64,000 nt of DNA from Clostridia bacterium DTU065. Its GTDB lineage: Bacteria; Bacillota; DTU065. Shown piece by piece: positions 18,531 through 27,421 of the stretch. A program made the translations under genes and the position numbers. Below the pieces are notes generated by a model. The model was not told the origin of the DNA. It made no database searches and saw only the letters and a list, made by a program, of their open reading frames with translations. The stretch lies in contig LFSI01000050.1 in the NCBI GenBank assembly GCA_001512545.1, forward strand, positions 3,204 through 67,203, in the 5' to 3' direction. The first letter of the stretch is position 1. Every line of letters starts with the position of its first letter.

Positions 18531-20373
18531 TCTTAAACCTCCTTGGACTAAGCAGCTTGCGGCGGTTCAAGAGCTGCCACAGACCGGGTCTTCCTTCCGG
18601 TACCACTACCTGCCTGTAGAGTTCGGTTTGGGAAAGACCCAATGCCTCTCCTGCTTCAATGCTCTTGGCGTTTAGCGGGGAAATGCGGCTGGAGAAGGTG
18701 ATTAGCACAGCGCTGCCAAGTCCGCCTACGGCAACGTAAATCAGCTTGACCATGCCGGACATCTCAAATGGCATGATGTAGACCACAACAGCCATCTCTA
18801 GGACGCCTAAAAGCCAGCCGTAGAGAGGTGCCAAGTAGTTGTTTTTGTGGTCCAAGTAGCTTCCCCAAAGGGTGTGGTCTACTGCAGTGAACACCCAAAG
18901 CAGAATCACGACCACTGTCAGAGCTGCAAACGGCACGACGCTGTTGACCACGCCGCCGATCTGGCTCTTAATGTCCTCACTGATTTCTGCGGCAGGTTTG
19001 CTGATCACTCCATCGATGGGCGGAGCAGATCCGGTCGTGATGACGCTGATGGTCTTGGGACGGGCAATAGCTTCGATCTCCTGCCAGCTCTTAGCGATGT
19101 CCTCATCGCTCCAAGAAGGCAAGCTCTCTTTCAACTTGATGAGAGGATCGGAAGGCATGGCTTCTGCCCACTGAAGGAGCTTTTGCGCCAGCTCTTCTCT
19201 GAAACCTCCAGGAAGCCTTCCCACTCTGTCCCAGAGCACCAAGACGCTGAGCTGGGACTTCAAGTCCGATGGAACCTCCAAACTGAGGTTTTTAGCCAAC
19301 TGTTCGATTTCTCTTATCAAGATGCCAAAGTCCTCACCTTGCACTACCTTGTCCGCAAGGGACTGAATACTTGCCTTCAGATTCCTGGCGTCTGCTTTGG
19401 GCTCCCAAACATCCAAATCCCGTCTGGGACTTTCTAGAGTATATTCCGGGAGCACTTCCTTCACAGTTCCGCTTCCATCTAAAAGATAGGCTTTTTCCGA
19501 ACCTGTAAGGTTCAAAGAATCGCCTTTGATGAGGTATATGCCATCTGTATAAACCCTAGCTTTGAAGTCTGCATCGGCTTTAGTGCCTACTTTCAAGTTT
19601 CTTGCGGTCAAAGCAATCTCCGAACCCACCGGCAGCTCTTTAGCGAAGGTGAGTTGAGCCGTATAACTTTTCAAGAGACGCACCGCATCGCCAATAACAC
19701 CTTCGGCAGGCGGTGTTGTAAACCAGTATTTGGTCCCCTTAAGAGCTTCGTCGATCATTTCCCTAATCTCTGCAGCCTGTTGGTTGGTGTAGTCTTTGAG
19801 TTCAATCTCCCACCTGTAGTACTTGGACGTCAGTTCCTCTAGCTTGTCTTCAATCTTGTTTAGGTTTCTGCGGTTTTTGGCAACAACATATAGGCCAAGA
19901 GGTCCTTTTGCAGCGAATTTTACCTCAGGCCAGGTGTGAATCTCTTCCACAAGTTCGGGATAGGTATCTTGGGGCATACCCTTAACCAGCACCGCAGGGT
20001 CGAGAAGGGGTGCCAACCCGCCGTATCCCGGCAGATGGCTTATGAGCTTTGCCACTTCATCCAGTGCACCATTTTTCAAATCTTCTTCGCTGTAACCTAA
20101 GAGTATGTGAATGTTTTCACCAAGCTCCTTGCTGACCCGGAACTTAAAGCCGTCTCTGCCTGAATAGACTTCTTTAAGCCCTTCTACGAAGTTCTTGGTT
20201 TCTTTTTTGTCTACTTGTACGATTACTTGATATTCTGTTCCCCCAATAATGTCGTCTAATCCACGTTGTACATAGAAGGAAAAGCCGTGACCGGCGACAA
20301 GTATTGCAGCTGAGAGTAAGACAATTTCTAAGACGATCACGATAGCTAAATCGAGTTTGATTCCACCACGCAC
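18523..20373 (-). CDS. Atypical ABC transporter membrane subunit: TM1, a ~440-aa periplasmic domain, three C-terminal TMs and an EAA-like coupling motif in the C-terminal tail
   Basis: 616 aa. N-terminal TM (LAIVIVLEIVLLSAAILVAG). A long soluble region with no recognised motifs. C-terminal TMs VVPFAALTVVVILLWVFTAV, LAPLYGWLLGVLEMAVVVYIM and LIYVAVGGLGSAVLITFSS. The tail IEAGEALGLSQTELYRQVVVPEGRPGL resembles the ABC importer EAA loop. Its stop overlaps the start of the downstream ATPase by 8 nt, suggesting translational coupling. Confidence 0.6.
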   Translation of the reverse strand: MRGGIKLDLAIVIVLEIVLLSAAILVAGHGFSFYVQRGLDDIIGGTEYQVIVQVDKKETKNFVEGLKEVYSGRDGFKFRVSKELGENIHILLGYSEEDLKNGALDEVAKLISHLPGYGGLAPLLDPAVLVKGMPQDTYPELVEEIHTWPEVKFAAKGPLGLYVVAKNRRNLNKIEDKLEELTSKYYRWEIELKDYTNQQAAEIREMIDEALKGTKYWFTTPPAEGVIGDAVRLLKSYTAQLTFAKELPVGSEIALTARNLKVGTKADADFKARVYTDGIYLIKGDSLNLTGSEKAYLLDGSGTVKEVLPEYTLESPRRDLDVWEPKADARNLKASIQSLADKVVQGEDFGILIREIEQLAKNLSLEVPSDLKSQLSVLVLWDRVGRLPGGFREELAQKLLQWAEAMPSDPLIKLKESLPSWSDEDIAKSWQEIEAIARPKTISVITTGSAPPIDGVISKPAAEISEDIKSQIGGVVNSVVPFAALTVVVILLWVFTAVDHTLWGSYLDHKNNYLAPLYGWLLGVLEMAVVVYIMPFEMSGMVKLIYVAVGGLGSAVLITFSSRISPLNAKSIEAGEALGLSQTELYRQVVVPEGRPGLWQLLNRRKLLSPRRFKNA

Positions 20374-20458
20374 AAGGCTCCCTCCTTTCGCTTCAATTAT
20401 AGCAGAATCAATGGTTCCGCCTCATTGGTAAGTTCCTCTTGCGGTGCGACTTTCTAAC

Positions 20459-20484
20459 AAAAAAAAGGGAGTCTTTCGACTCCC
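20459..20484 (-). terminator. Rho-independent terminator after the aminotransferase gene
   Basis: Plus strand aaaaaaaaGGGAGTCtttcGACTCCC: a 7-bp GC-rich stem with a 4-nt loop. On the minus strand it is followed by an 8-T tract. It lies 15 nt downstream of the stop at 20499. Confidence 0.6.
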
Positions 20485-20498
20485 CACTACCAAACCAG

Positions 20499-21875
20499 CT
20501 ACTTACGCCCAAGAACACTAGAAATGATGGATCCTGAGCTTTTAACTGCCAGTTTTAGAAAGCTTTTATTCTCGGTGAAAATGATATCAAGTGCGTTAAT
20601 CACTTTGTCGATTTCCTCTTTAGTTACAGTAAGAGGCGGCTCTAGCCTGATGACGTTGGGGTTGTTCAGCGTGTAGGCGGTGATAACGCCGTGCTTGTTC
20701 TGAAGTTCTCCAGCGACAAGAGCACCAAAGTACTCTTCTGATGCTCTGGTGAGCGCTCCGCCGCTGATCTTATCCAGGAAGCCCTTAGGCTGCTCGAACT
20801 CGAGGCCGATCAAAAGGCCTTTTCCTCTTACCTCTTTGATCAAACCGTGCTTATCTTTCAAGCGATTCAGTTCGGAAAGGAGATAGTCTCCAAGTTCGAG
20901 AGCTCGCTGCGGGAGATTCTCGCTGACGATCACCTCTAGCGCGGCGATTCCTGCAGCGGCAGACCAAGTGTTGCCGCCAAAAGTGCTGGTGTGGAGCAGG
21001 CACTTTTCTTTGGAACCGTAGGCATTCATCCAGATCTCTTCAGTGGTGATAAACAACGATGTGGGCATTATGCCGCCGCTGATGGATTTTGCAATGCACA
21101 TGATGTCGGGCTTTGCTTCATCCCACTCGCAGGCAAACATCTTACCGGTTCTGCCGAGACCTGTTTGGATCTCGTCGGCAATTAAGAGCGCGCCGTACTT
21201 GTGGCAGAGCTCTTCCGCGGCTTTAAGATAGCCTTTATCGGGAACGATGATGCCGCCTTCACCCTGGATAGGTTCAACGATGAAGCCGGCGACGTCTCCT
21301 TTTTTCAATCTCTCTTCCAGAGCCTTAAGGTCGTTGTATGGGACTTTTTCGCAGGCGGGAACCATTGGTTTAAACGGTTCTTGGTACTTTTCCCTGCCAG
21401 TCAAAGACAGAGCTCCCATGGTCTTGCCGTGGAACGACCCGCTTGTTGAAAGCACCACCGGTTTGCCAGTTGTGATGCGGGCAACCTTCAAAGCACCTTC
21501 TACTGCTTCAGCACCGCTATTGGCAAAGAAGCAGTGCTTCAAGTCGCCGGGAGTGATCTCTGCGATGTTGTGGGCCAGGACGCCGGCAAGTGCTGGAAGC
21601 GATGCTTGTAGGAAGTTCGGACGCTCCTTTACCTTCTCCAGCGCTTCTAGCACGTAGGGATGGTTGTGCCCAACGTTCAGCGACCCGTAACCCCCCAGGA
21701 AGTCCAGGTATTCGTTGCCCTCGGAGTCCCAGACCTTTGTTCCCTGTGCCTTGACGAAGAGCTTGTCGAAGTTGAGCATGCCCAAAAGAGACACGAGGGC
21801 TGTGTTGCCGTACTCCTTATGCAGATCAATAATAGCTTTTCGATCCAGACTCAATGCTTCATCGAGTGTAATCAT
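20499..21875 (-). CDS. Class-III PLP-dependent aminotransferase, closest in sequence (from memory) to putrescine aminotransferase YgjG/PatA
   Basis: 458 aa. [106 protein letters not shown] (the lysine is in bold position for PLP binding), HTSTFGGN. Block-by-block similarity to E. coli YgjG: [86 protein letters not shown]. Confidence 0.75.
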   Translation of the reverse strand: [458 protein letters not shown]

Positions 21876-21886
21876 TGCTGAGCCTC

Positions 21887-22516
21887 CTAATTCACCTTAG
21901 TCACGAACTCGATAGGTCCTGTGACCTTATAGGTACCTTTATCAACGTTTGTCTCCAAAACACCATTGGGGCTTGTGAGTATTCTATCTTCTTCAACAAG
22001 TTTTAAGTTGCCGATCAACTTGGCAATGCCGGTGCCGTCGCTAAACTCCAAAGTGTCGCCGTAGATGGTCTTTTCCGTGTCGTTGATCACGATGTTTCCT
22101 TCGGCTTTAACGTCTTTTGTTTCCGTCCACAGCTCCACTTCATCAGCATCGATGGTAAGGGTTTTGTCTCTTTCCTGTACCACCTGCACGCTGCCGATCA
22201 GCCTGGCATAGTCGTTTTCGGTGTCGAAGAAGACCTCATCTGCAGTGATGGTCATGTTATCATTAACAATTATACACCTTCCAAAGGCTCTGGCAACTTT
22301 GGTCTTGGTGTTGTAGATGAGCTTCTGGGTAGTAATCTGGGTTTTGCCCTGGGTAATCACGATCTTGCTTCCGGTGACGGTGATCTCGTCGCCTTCGCCG
22401 CCAACCATCTCGCCGTCTTCACTGACTGTAAACACTAAGTTGTCTTTCTGCGCAAGAGCCGTCCAGGACAAGATCAAAGTAAAAACCAACAGGAAAAATA
22501 GCGCTTTTCTTTTCAT
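21887..22516 (-). CDS. lptA: Periplasmic LPS transport protein LptA (OstA-like N-terminal domain)
   Basis: 209 aa. Signal peptide MKRKALFFLLVFTLILSWTALA. ITADEVFFDTENDYARLIGSVQVVQERDKTLTIDADEVELW matches the LptA AD---Y------A-F-GNV---QG---I-AD pattern. The gene sits between lptC-like and lptD-adjacent genes. Confidence 0.7.
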   Translation of the reverse strand: MKRKALFFLLVFTLILSWTALAQKDNLVFTVSEDGEMVGGEGDEITVTGSKIVITQGKTQITTQKLIYNTKTKVARAFGRCIIVNDNMTITADEVFFDTENDYARLIGSVQVVQERDKTLTIDADEVELWTETKDVKAEGNIVINDTEKTIYGDTLEFSDGTGIAKLIGNLKLVEEDRILTSPNGVLETNVDKGTYKVTGPIEFVTKVN

Positions 22517-22561
22517 ATTCTCTGCCGATGCTCTCGGCTAAACCCCCATTCTCTCCGGAAA

Positions 22562-23182
22562 TTATTCGATATTTTGAACTACCGCGGTAATCGGTCCTTT
22601 GATCTTGTAGTTTCTGGTGTCCCAGTTAAACTCCAAGCTCGATCCCCTGACCTCCAGTCCATCCATATCCACAAGAAGGAGATCTCCAGTTGCAAGAAGC
22701 AGCTGCTCCTCAACGTCTCCTGAAAGCCTGTCGGCATAGACTTTGTATTTATTGGTTGTGAGCGTTGACCTTCCTACAGTCTCAAACGTGTCTTCTTTGG
22801 CGTAGTAGTTCACCTTGGGTGCCTCCAGCATGAAATCCTCTGTAAACCCAAAGATCGCAACATCGCCGATGGCCTCGAGAAGTCCCTGCCGGTAATGCCA
22901 GTTGGCAAGCTTTGTGCGGAGCTTCAATTCAGCCTGACCTTCCCTATAGGTGATCACTTCGCTCAGCCTTTGGAACTCGTAGTAGTTATCGAACTCAATT
23001 ACGGTTCCTGCATTCAGACTGAAGATAGGCAGGCCTCCTCTGCGTTCAACAACGCTCATGTTTTCCACGACCTGCTTATACTCTGAAGGAAGAGGCTCTC
23101 TGGTCGTTTTTTTCTCAGCACTTTCCCTGCATCCTGAAAGACAAAGGGCCAGTGCAATTAATAACCACAGATACTTTTTCAA
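22562..23182 (-). CDS. LptC-like protein with a lipoprotein signal peptide
   Basis: 206 aa. MKKYLWLLIALALCLSGC has a lipobox (LSGC). The beta-rich body ends in ...LLLATGDLLLVDMDGLEVRGSSLEFNWDTRNYKIKGPITAVV, which resembles the LptC C-terminal pattern. It is located between lptD and lptA. Confidence 0.5.
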   Translation of the reverse strand: MKKYLWLLIALALCLSGCRESAEKKTTREPLPSEYKQVVENMSVVERRGGLPIFSLNAGTVIEFDNYYEFQRLSEVITYREGQAELKLRTKLANWHYRQGLLEAIGDVAIFGFTEDFMLEAPKVNYYAKEDTFETVGRSTLTTNKYKVYADRLSGDVEEQLLLATGDLLLVDMDGLEVRGSSLEFNWDTRNYKIKGPITAVVQNIE

Positions 23183-23197
23183 GCCTCTACCTCCTTT

Positions 23198-25423
23198 CTA
23201 ATTGCCCGAACTGAGGGCGGTGAGCATATCGCTGCTGAAATCCAAGCCCGAGTCGCTCACTTTAAGGCGCATCGGTTTGTCGCCAATGGCATAAATCCTA
23301 AACTCAAACCACACTGCTTTGTTGACGTGATCGTAGGTAAAGTCGATTCTCCTGCAGTGCATATCGATGCCAAAGGTTGCCTGGAGTGTGGAATACTTGT
23401 TCGTTGTAACGTTGAATGCCGCCTGTCCCTGCAGCCGGAAGGGACCGATGTCCACCTGTCCCTGACCGTTAAGCTGCTTGAGCTTCCACTGGCCGCTCTC
23501 TTTGGCATAATTGACGCGACCTTGGAGGTTGATGCTGCCGTTAGGTTTGATGTTCAGACTGCCTGCATACTTCACCGGTTCGAAGGGTTTGAGCTTGTAT
23601 GAATGCTCAAATGATGCGGTCAGAGATCGGAAAGTGAACCTGTGAACTAAGTCCAGGTTTTTCAGTGTAGACTTCAACAGATCATACCCTGTTTTAGCTT
23701 CATTGGAGATAAAGCCGTAGGTGTTGTAGATCCTGAAATCCACAGTGTGGGTGTCGGAGATTTTATCAAAGCTAAACGGCGAGTTGCCGTAGGCGTTTCT
23801 TTTGGTGTAGTCGGTGCTGAAGGTCCAGTTCTGCACCGGTTTGAAGGAAAGTCCTAAGTTACCCCTCCAGGAGAGAACATAGGGATCGAAGTCCTTGATG
23901 TCATAGGTTGTTCCTTGCAGTTCAAAAAGGGTGCTGAACTCCAGCGTTTTTGTGAGCTTATAGGTTTTTCTTCCCAAAGTGCCTTTAAGCCCAAGCTTAT
24001 TACTGGTTACGTTGCTTGGCTGCTCCTTGTAGTTACCCACCACAGTCTCCAGAGTAAGCGGCCAGTCGAAAATTTTCAGCCCCCGGCTTCTGAGGATCAG
24101 CTCAGGCTGACGCAACAGCTTGGTATACGAGGTGTCCTGTTCCTGGCTGCGGTCCTCAAGTTGGAATCTAAGGGTGCCCTGGAGTCTCTGCCCGGTGTAG
24201 TTCAAAGTACTGTCGTAGTTTACAGTGGTCTGCCATGGAGCCACTGCTTTTTGCGTCTGGATCAGGCTGCCGTTTAACGTCAGACGCCATTCCCGGCTGA
24301 GTCTGAGCGTGTTGCCGCTTTCGAGTTTAAACTCTTTTTTCACCGGACTTGTAGTAGCTTCGCTTGAATAACTTGCGCGCAAGCTTCCCGAGTAGACGTC
24401 TCCTCTGTAAGTTGCAGACAGCGACGAGCTCCGCAGGTGCTTGGGTGAAAACTCTGTGAGATCGTCTTTGTAAGACCCGTTAGCATTCAGCTGAAAAGCA
24501 CCTACTTCGGTCTTTGCTGAACCGGACAGATCCGCAAGCTTCAGAGCGTTTTCCCTGGGCGAGTAGATCAGGTAGTACTTGCCGCTTAAACCGGTTTTGT
24601 CTTTAGCGAAGTTATGGCTTACCCCCTGACCAATGCCGAGCTTCTCCATGAAGTCCAGGTAGATCTCTCCCTTATTGGCATCATTCAGTGTATATACATA
24701 AGTGAACTTGATATAGAAACCTTCTTTAGAGGAGGAACCGATTTTAGGAAACTTGAGGTAGTTGGTTCTTTCCTTTAGGGAGATGGTATAGTAAGGAAAG
24801 TACAAAAGGGGCAGGTTCCCTTCTTTGTAGAAAAGGTGGCGCAGCACCAGCCTATCGTCCTGATAGATCTCGATCTCCTTTGCGGCGATGTGGTAGTGGG
24901 GATCGCCCAGATCGCAGGTGGTGATTTTCCCCCCTGTAATATGGATGTAATCGTCTTCAAAGCGCATCTCCTGACCGTAGATATACAGGTCGCCTTTAAG
25001 CTTTTCGTTTTCGATGTTCCCCGAAACTCCCACGATAGTTCCGGCCTTGGTCTTGTAGTTGTAGACTAGCTCTTCACCTACAAACTGCCTGTCTTTTTGA
25101 TCTACAGTAACTCCTCCTGTGAAGCGCACAATACCCTCTACAAGATCGACTTCCGCTTCACTGCCTCTGGCAATAAAGTCGGTTCCTTCTATGATTACAT
25201 CGCCTGAAAGGTTCACGGCACTTTTGTCGCCTGAGATCCCCTCACTGGCTTTGATTTTAACTTCTTCGGGTTCTTTGACCTCGCTTTCGGTCTGCACCGC
25301 CGGGGTGGAATCTGCAGGTTGGGGAGTAAGTGCGGAGGTTTCAGCTTGCACCGCAGCTACAGCGAAGAACAGTACAAAGAGTATGCTGACGATCTTTTTT
25401 GCCTTCACATTTACCCTCCTCAT
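23198..25423 (-). CDS. lptD: LPS-assembly outer-membrane protein LptD (OstA family)
   Basis: 741 aa. Signal peptide. N-terminal OstA-like domain (NLSGDVIIEGTDFIARGSEAEVDLVEGIVRFTGGVTV). The motif ITTCDLGDPHYHIAAKEIEI...LPLLYFPYYTISL matches the LptD TTC----P-W---A--I and P-FY-PY pattern. It is followed by a large beta-barrel. Confidence 0.85.
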   Translation of the reverse strand: MRRVNVKAKKIVSILFVLFFAVAAVQAETSALTPQPADSTPAVQTESEVKEPEEVKIKASEGISGDKSAVNLSGDVIIEGTDFIARGSEAEVDLVEGIVRFTGGVTVDQKDRQFVGEELVYNYKTKAGTIVGVSGNIENEKLKGDLYIYGQEMRFEDDYIHITGGKITTCDLGDPHYHIAAKEIEIYQDDRLVLRHLFYKEGNLPLLYFPYYTISLKERTNYLKFPKIGSSSKEGFYIKFTYVYTLNDANKGEIYLDFMEKLGIGQGVSHNFAKDKTGLSGKYYLIYSPRENALKLADLSGSAKTEVGAFQLNANGSYKDDLTEFSPKHLRSSSLSATYRGDVYSGSLRASYSSEATTSPVKKEFKLESGNTLRLSREWRLTLNGSLIQTQKAVAPWQTTVNYDSTLNYTGQRLQGTLRFQLEDRSQEQDTSYTKLLRQPELILRSRGLKIFDWPLTLETVVGNYKEQPSNVTSNKLGLKGTLGRKTYKLTKTLEFSTLFELQGTTYDIKDFDPYVLSWRGNLGLSFKPVQNWTFSTDYTKRNAYGNSPFSFDKISDTHTVDFRIYNTYGFISNEAKTGYDLLKSTLKNLDLVHRFTFRSLTASFEHSYKLKPFEPVKYAGSLNIKPNGSINLQGRVNYAKESGQWKLKQLNGQGQVDIGPFRLQGQAAFNVTTNKYSTLQATFGIDMHCRRIDFTYDHVNKAVWFEFRIYAIGDKPMRLKVSDSGLDFSSDMLTALSSGN

Positions 25424-26502
25424 ACCCGTTCAACCAAAAGCAGCAGACTTACCCCTACAACGAGAAAGACCCCTGTAGGGAGCCAGGCTCCTAGAAACGG
25501 CGTAATAATCCCTTCTGCCCCTAAAGTTCTGCAGAAGGCGCCTGCAACGTAGTAGAGCAAAGCGATACCGATTGCCAGCCCCACCCCGAGAAAGATTCCG
25601 CCTCTGCCGAACTTGACGCTGAGCGGAGCTCCTAAAAGCACGAACACTAAACTAACCAGAGGCACTGACAGTTTACGGTGGTAATCCACAATTAGTTCGT
25701 TGACATTGACTCCTGACCTTCTGAAGATGGCGATCTGCTCGGCCAGTTCCTTTCTGGTCATCTCCGAAGTGCTCTTTATCGAACCGAAAAGGGTGTCCAG
25801 GTCTTTGCCGATGTTGATGGCAACTTCGCCAAACTTCTTTTCGCTGGTCACAAAACCGGCGCTGTCAAACTCCCTGGAGATACCATCCCTTAAAACGAGA
25901 GTCATGTTTTCATACACTGCTTCTTTGGCAGTGATTAAGTCTGGAACTCGGGAAAAGTTGACTTTGTAGACCATTACGTCTTTCATAGTTCCATTGGTAC
26001 GGTCGATGGACCGAACGTAGAAGTAATAGTCGCCTGTTCCTTTGAAAAAGACATTTTGATCGATTTCAGGAATGTTTTCCCTGAAGATTACGGTGCGAAA
26101 AAGCTGCTCAAACTTATTGTTGGCGCTTGGTGCTATGTAGTCGCTGAAGAGGAAGGCGATGCCGCTAATGACAATCCCCAGAACCAAGAGGGGCAGAACT
26201 AGAGCAAAAAAGCTTACCCCCGATGTCCGCATGACGGTCATCTCGGAGTCTCTAACCAGCCGCCCTACAGACATAAAGATCGCAAGCAGAACAGCCACTG
26301 GAAGTGTGAGAATGATAATGTCCGGCAGCTTATACCAAATCAGCTTCAACACGACCCCCAAAGGAGTCCTGCGGGTTATTAAATAATCCATAAGTTCAAA
26401 GAGGAGATCGCTGAGAAGTATTACAGTCATGCCCATAACACCCATAACAAATGGCGCAAGAAACTCTTTGACGATGTAGCGTCTAAAAATCGAATACCTC
26501 AC
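25420..26502 (-). CDS. LPS export ABC transporter permease LptF/LptG (second copy)
   Basis: 360 aa. MRYSIFRRYIVKEFLAPFVMGVMGMTVILLSDLLFEL is the YjgP/YjgQ N-terminal signature. Six TMs with a central periplasmic domain. Its stop overlaps the lptD start by 4 nt. Confidence 0.8.
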   Translation of the reverse strand: MRYSIFRRYIVKEFLAPFVMGVMGMTVILLSDLLFELMDYLITRRTPLGVVLKLIWYKLPDIIILTLPVAVLLAIFMSVGRLVRDSEMTVMRTSGVSFFALVLPLLVLGIVISGIAFLFSDYIAPSANNKFEQLFRTVIFRENIPEIDQNVFFKGTGDYYFYVRSIDRTNGTMKDVMVYKVNFSRVPDLITAKEAVYENMTLVLRDGISREFDSAGFVTSEKKFGEVAINIGKDLDTLFGSIKSTSEMTRKELAEQIAIFRRSGVNVNELIVDYHRKLSVPLVSLVFVLLGAPLSVKFGRGGIFLGVGLAIGIALLYYVAGAFCRTLGAEGIITPFLGAWLPTGVFLVVGVSLLLLVERV

Positions 26503-26527
26503 CGTAACACCTCTTTTGCCTTAAGTG

Positions 26528-26552
26528 TTAAAAAACGGCGCCTTACCAGGCG
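26528..26552 (-). terminator. Rho-independent terminator after the OMP gene 26576..27415
   Basis: Plus strand aaaaaacGGCGCCttaccaGGCGCC: a palindromic GC stem that is followed on the minus strand by a T-run. It lies 24 nt downstream of the stop. Confidence 0.55.
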
Positions 26553-26575
26553 CCTCTTTACATCTGCGCTAAGGC

Positions 26576-27415
26576 TCAGTGGAATCTATAGCCAAAACTT
26601 GCACTGTGTGCGATTCTGCCTTCAACATAACTCAGTGCTAGGTCCAGGTCAAAAGCACTAGTTTCATCTCTAACGCTGGTGTAAGAGAAGCCCAACCCCG
26701 GCTTAGGTGTAACCTTTGTGGTCTGCGTATCGACGGTTAGAGTGACGCCGCCTTTGACTGCAAACGATCTGAACCTGTAAGCTGCCCCAAGACTGATATC
26801 TGCAGCTTGCTGCAGCTTGGTTGAGGCGTCTATGCTTGCGAGAAACCCGCTGGGCAGAGCATAGCTTGCACCTAGCCGAATGTTCGGACTGCCTTTATAG
26901 GCCGCCTCTTTGCCAATGGTCCAGCCGATCAGGTTTTCTACCGACAGCGTGGTGGTAAGCCTTTCGAAAAAGCGTGCACCTACTGCCACATCCATTCTGA
27001 AAGCACCGGTTTTGCCTTTTTCCTGTTTGTAGATGAGGTTCACACCGCCAAAGACCGGTTCGGTGCAGAGAGCTACCGAATAGTAGTATCTGTTTCTATG
27101 GGTGTCTGCTGGATCCCTAACCCAGGTTATTCCCCCTGCAAGCCTGTAAGGCGAAATACTCGGATTGTACCGCTCGGAGAAGCCTGGTTCCAAGTAACCT
27201 ATAGCAGTGAGGCTACCGCCGTCGAAGATGTAACTTCCGCCAACGTACCGCTGGGTTAGATTTACAAGAGCTGCAGGATTATACAGCACCGCATCAAGCC
27301 CAGTAAGCGCTCCAATACCCGCGCCGCCCATTTGCATCAGTTCTGCCCCGAGGCAGGGTGCAGCAATGAGTATCAAGCAAAAAAAGCCGATTATTGTTTT
27401 CTTCAATCTCTCCAT
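26576..27415 (-). CDS. Outer-membrane beta-barrel protein (small porin/OmpA-like), hypothetical
   Basis: 279 aa. Signal peptide MERLKKTIIGFFCLILIAAPCLGA. Alternating amphipathic strands. Aromatic-rich C-terminus (SASFGYRFH). Confidence 0.5.
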   Translation of the reverse strand: MERLKKTIIGFFCLILIAAPCLGAELMQMGGAGIGALTGLDAVLYNPAALVNLTQRYVGGSYIFDGGSLTAIGYLEPGFSERYNPSISPYRLAGGITWVRDPADTHRNRYYYSVALCTEPVFGGVNLIYKQEKGKTGAFRMDVAVGARFFERLTTTLSVENLIGWTIGKEAAYKGSPNIRLGASYALPSGFLASIDASTKLQQAADISLGAAYRFRSFAVKGGVTLTVDTQTTKVTPKPGLGFSYTSVRDETSAFDLDLALSYVEGRIAHSASFGYRFH

Positions 27416-27421
27416 CTCCTT

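Noticed and set aside
18847-19437. 196-aa and 100-aa plus-strand ORFs inside the ABC membrane-subunit gene
   Set aside because: Both are antisense to a long minus-strand ORF with coherent TM topology. They are Arg/His-rich translations typical of reverse-frame artefacts.
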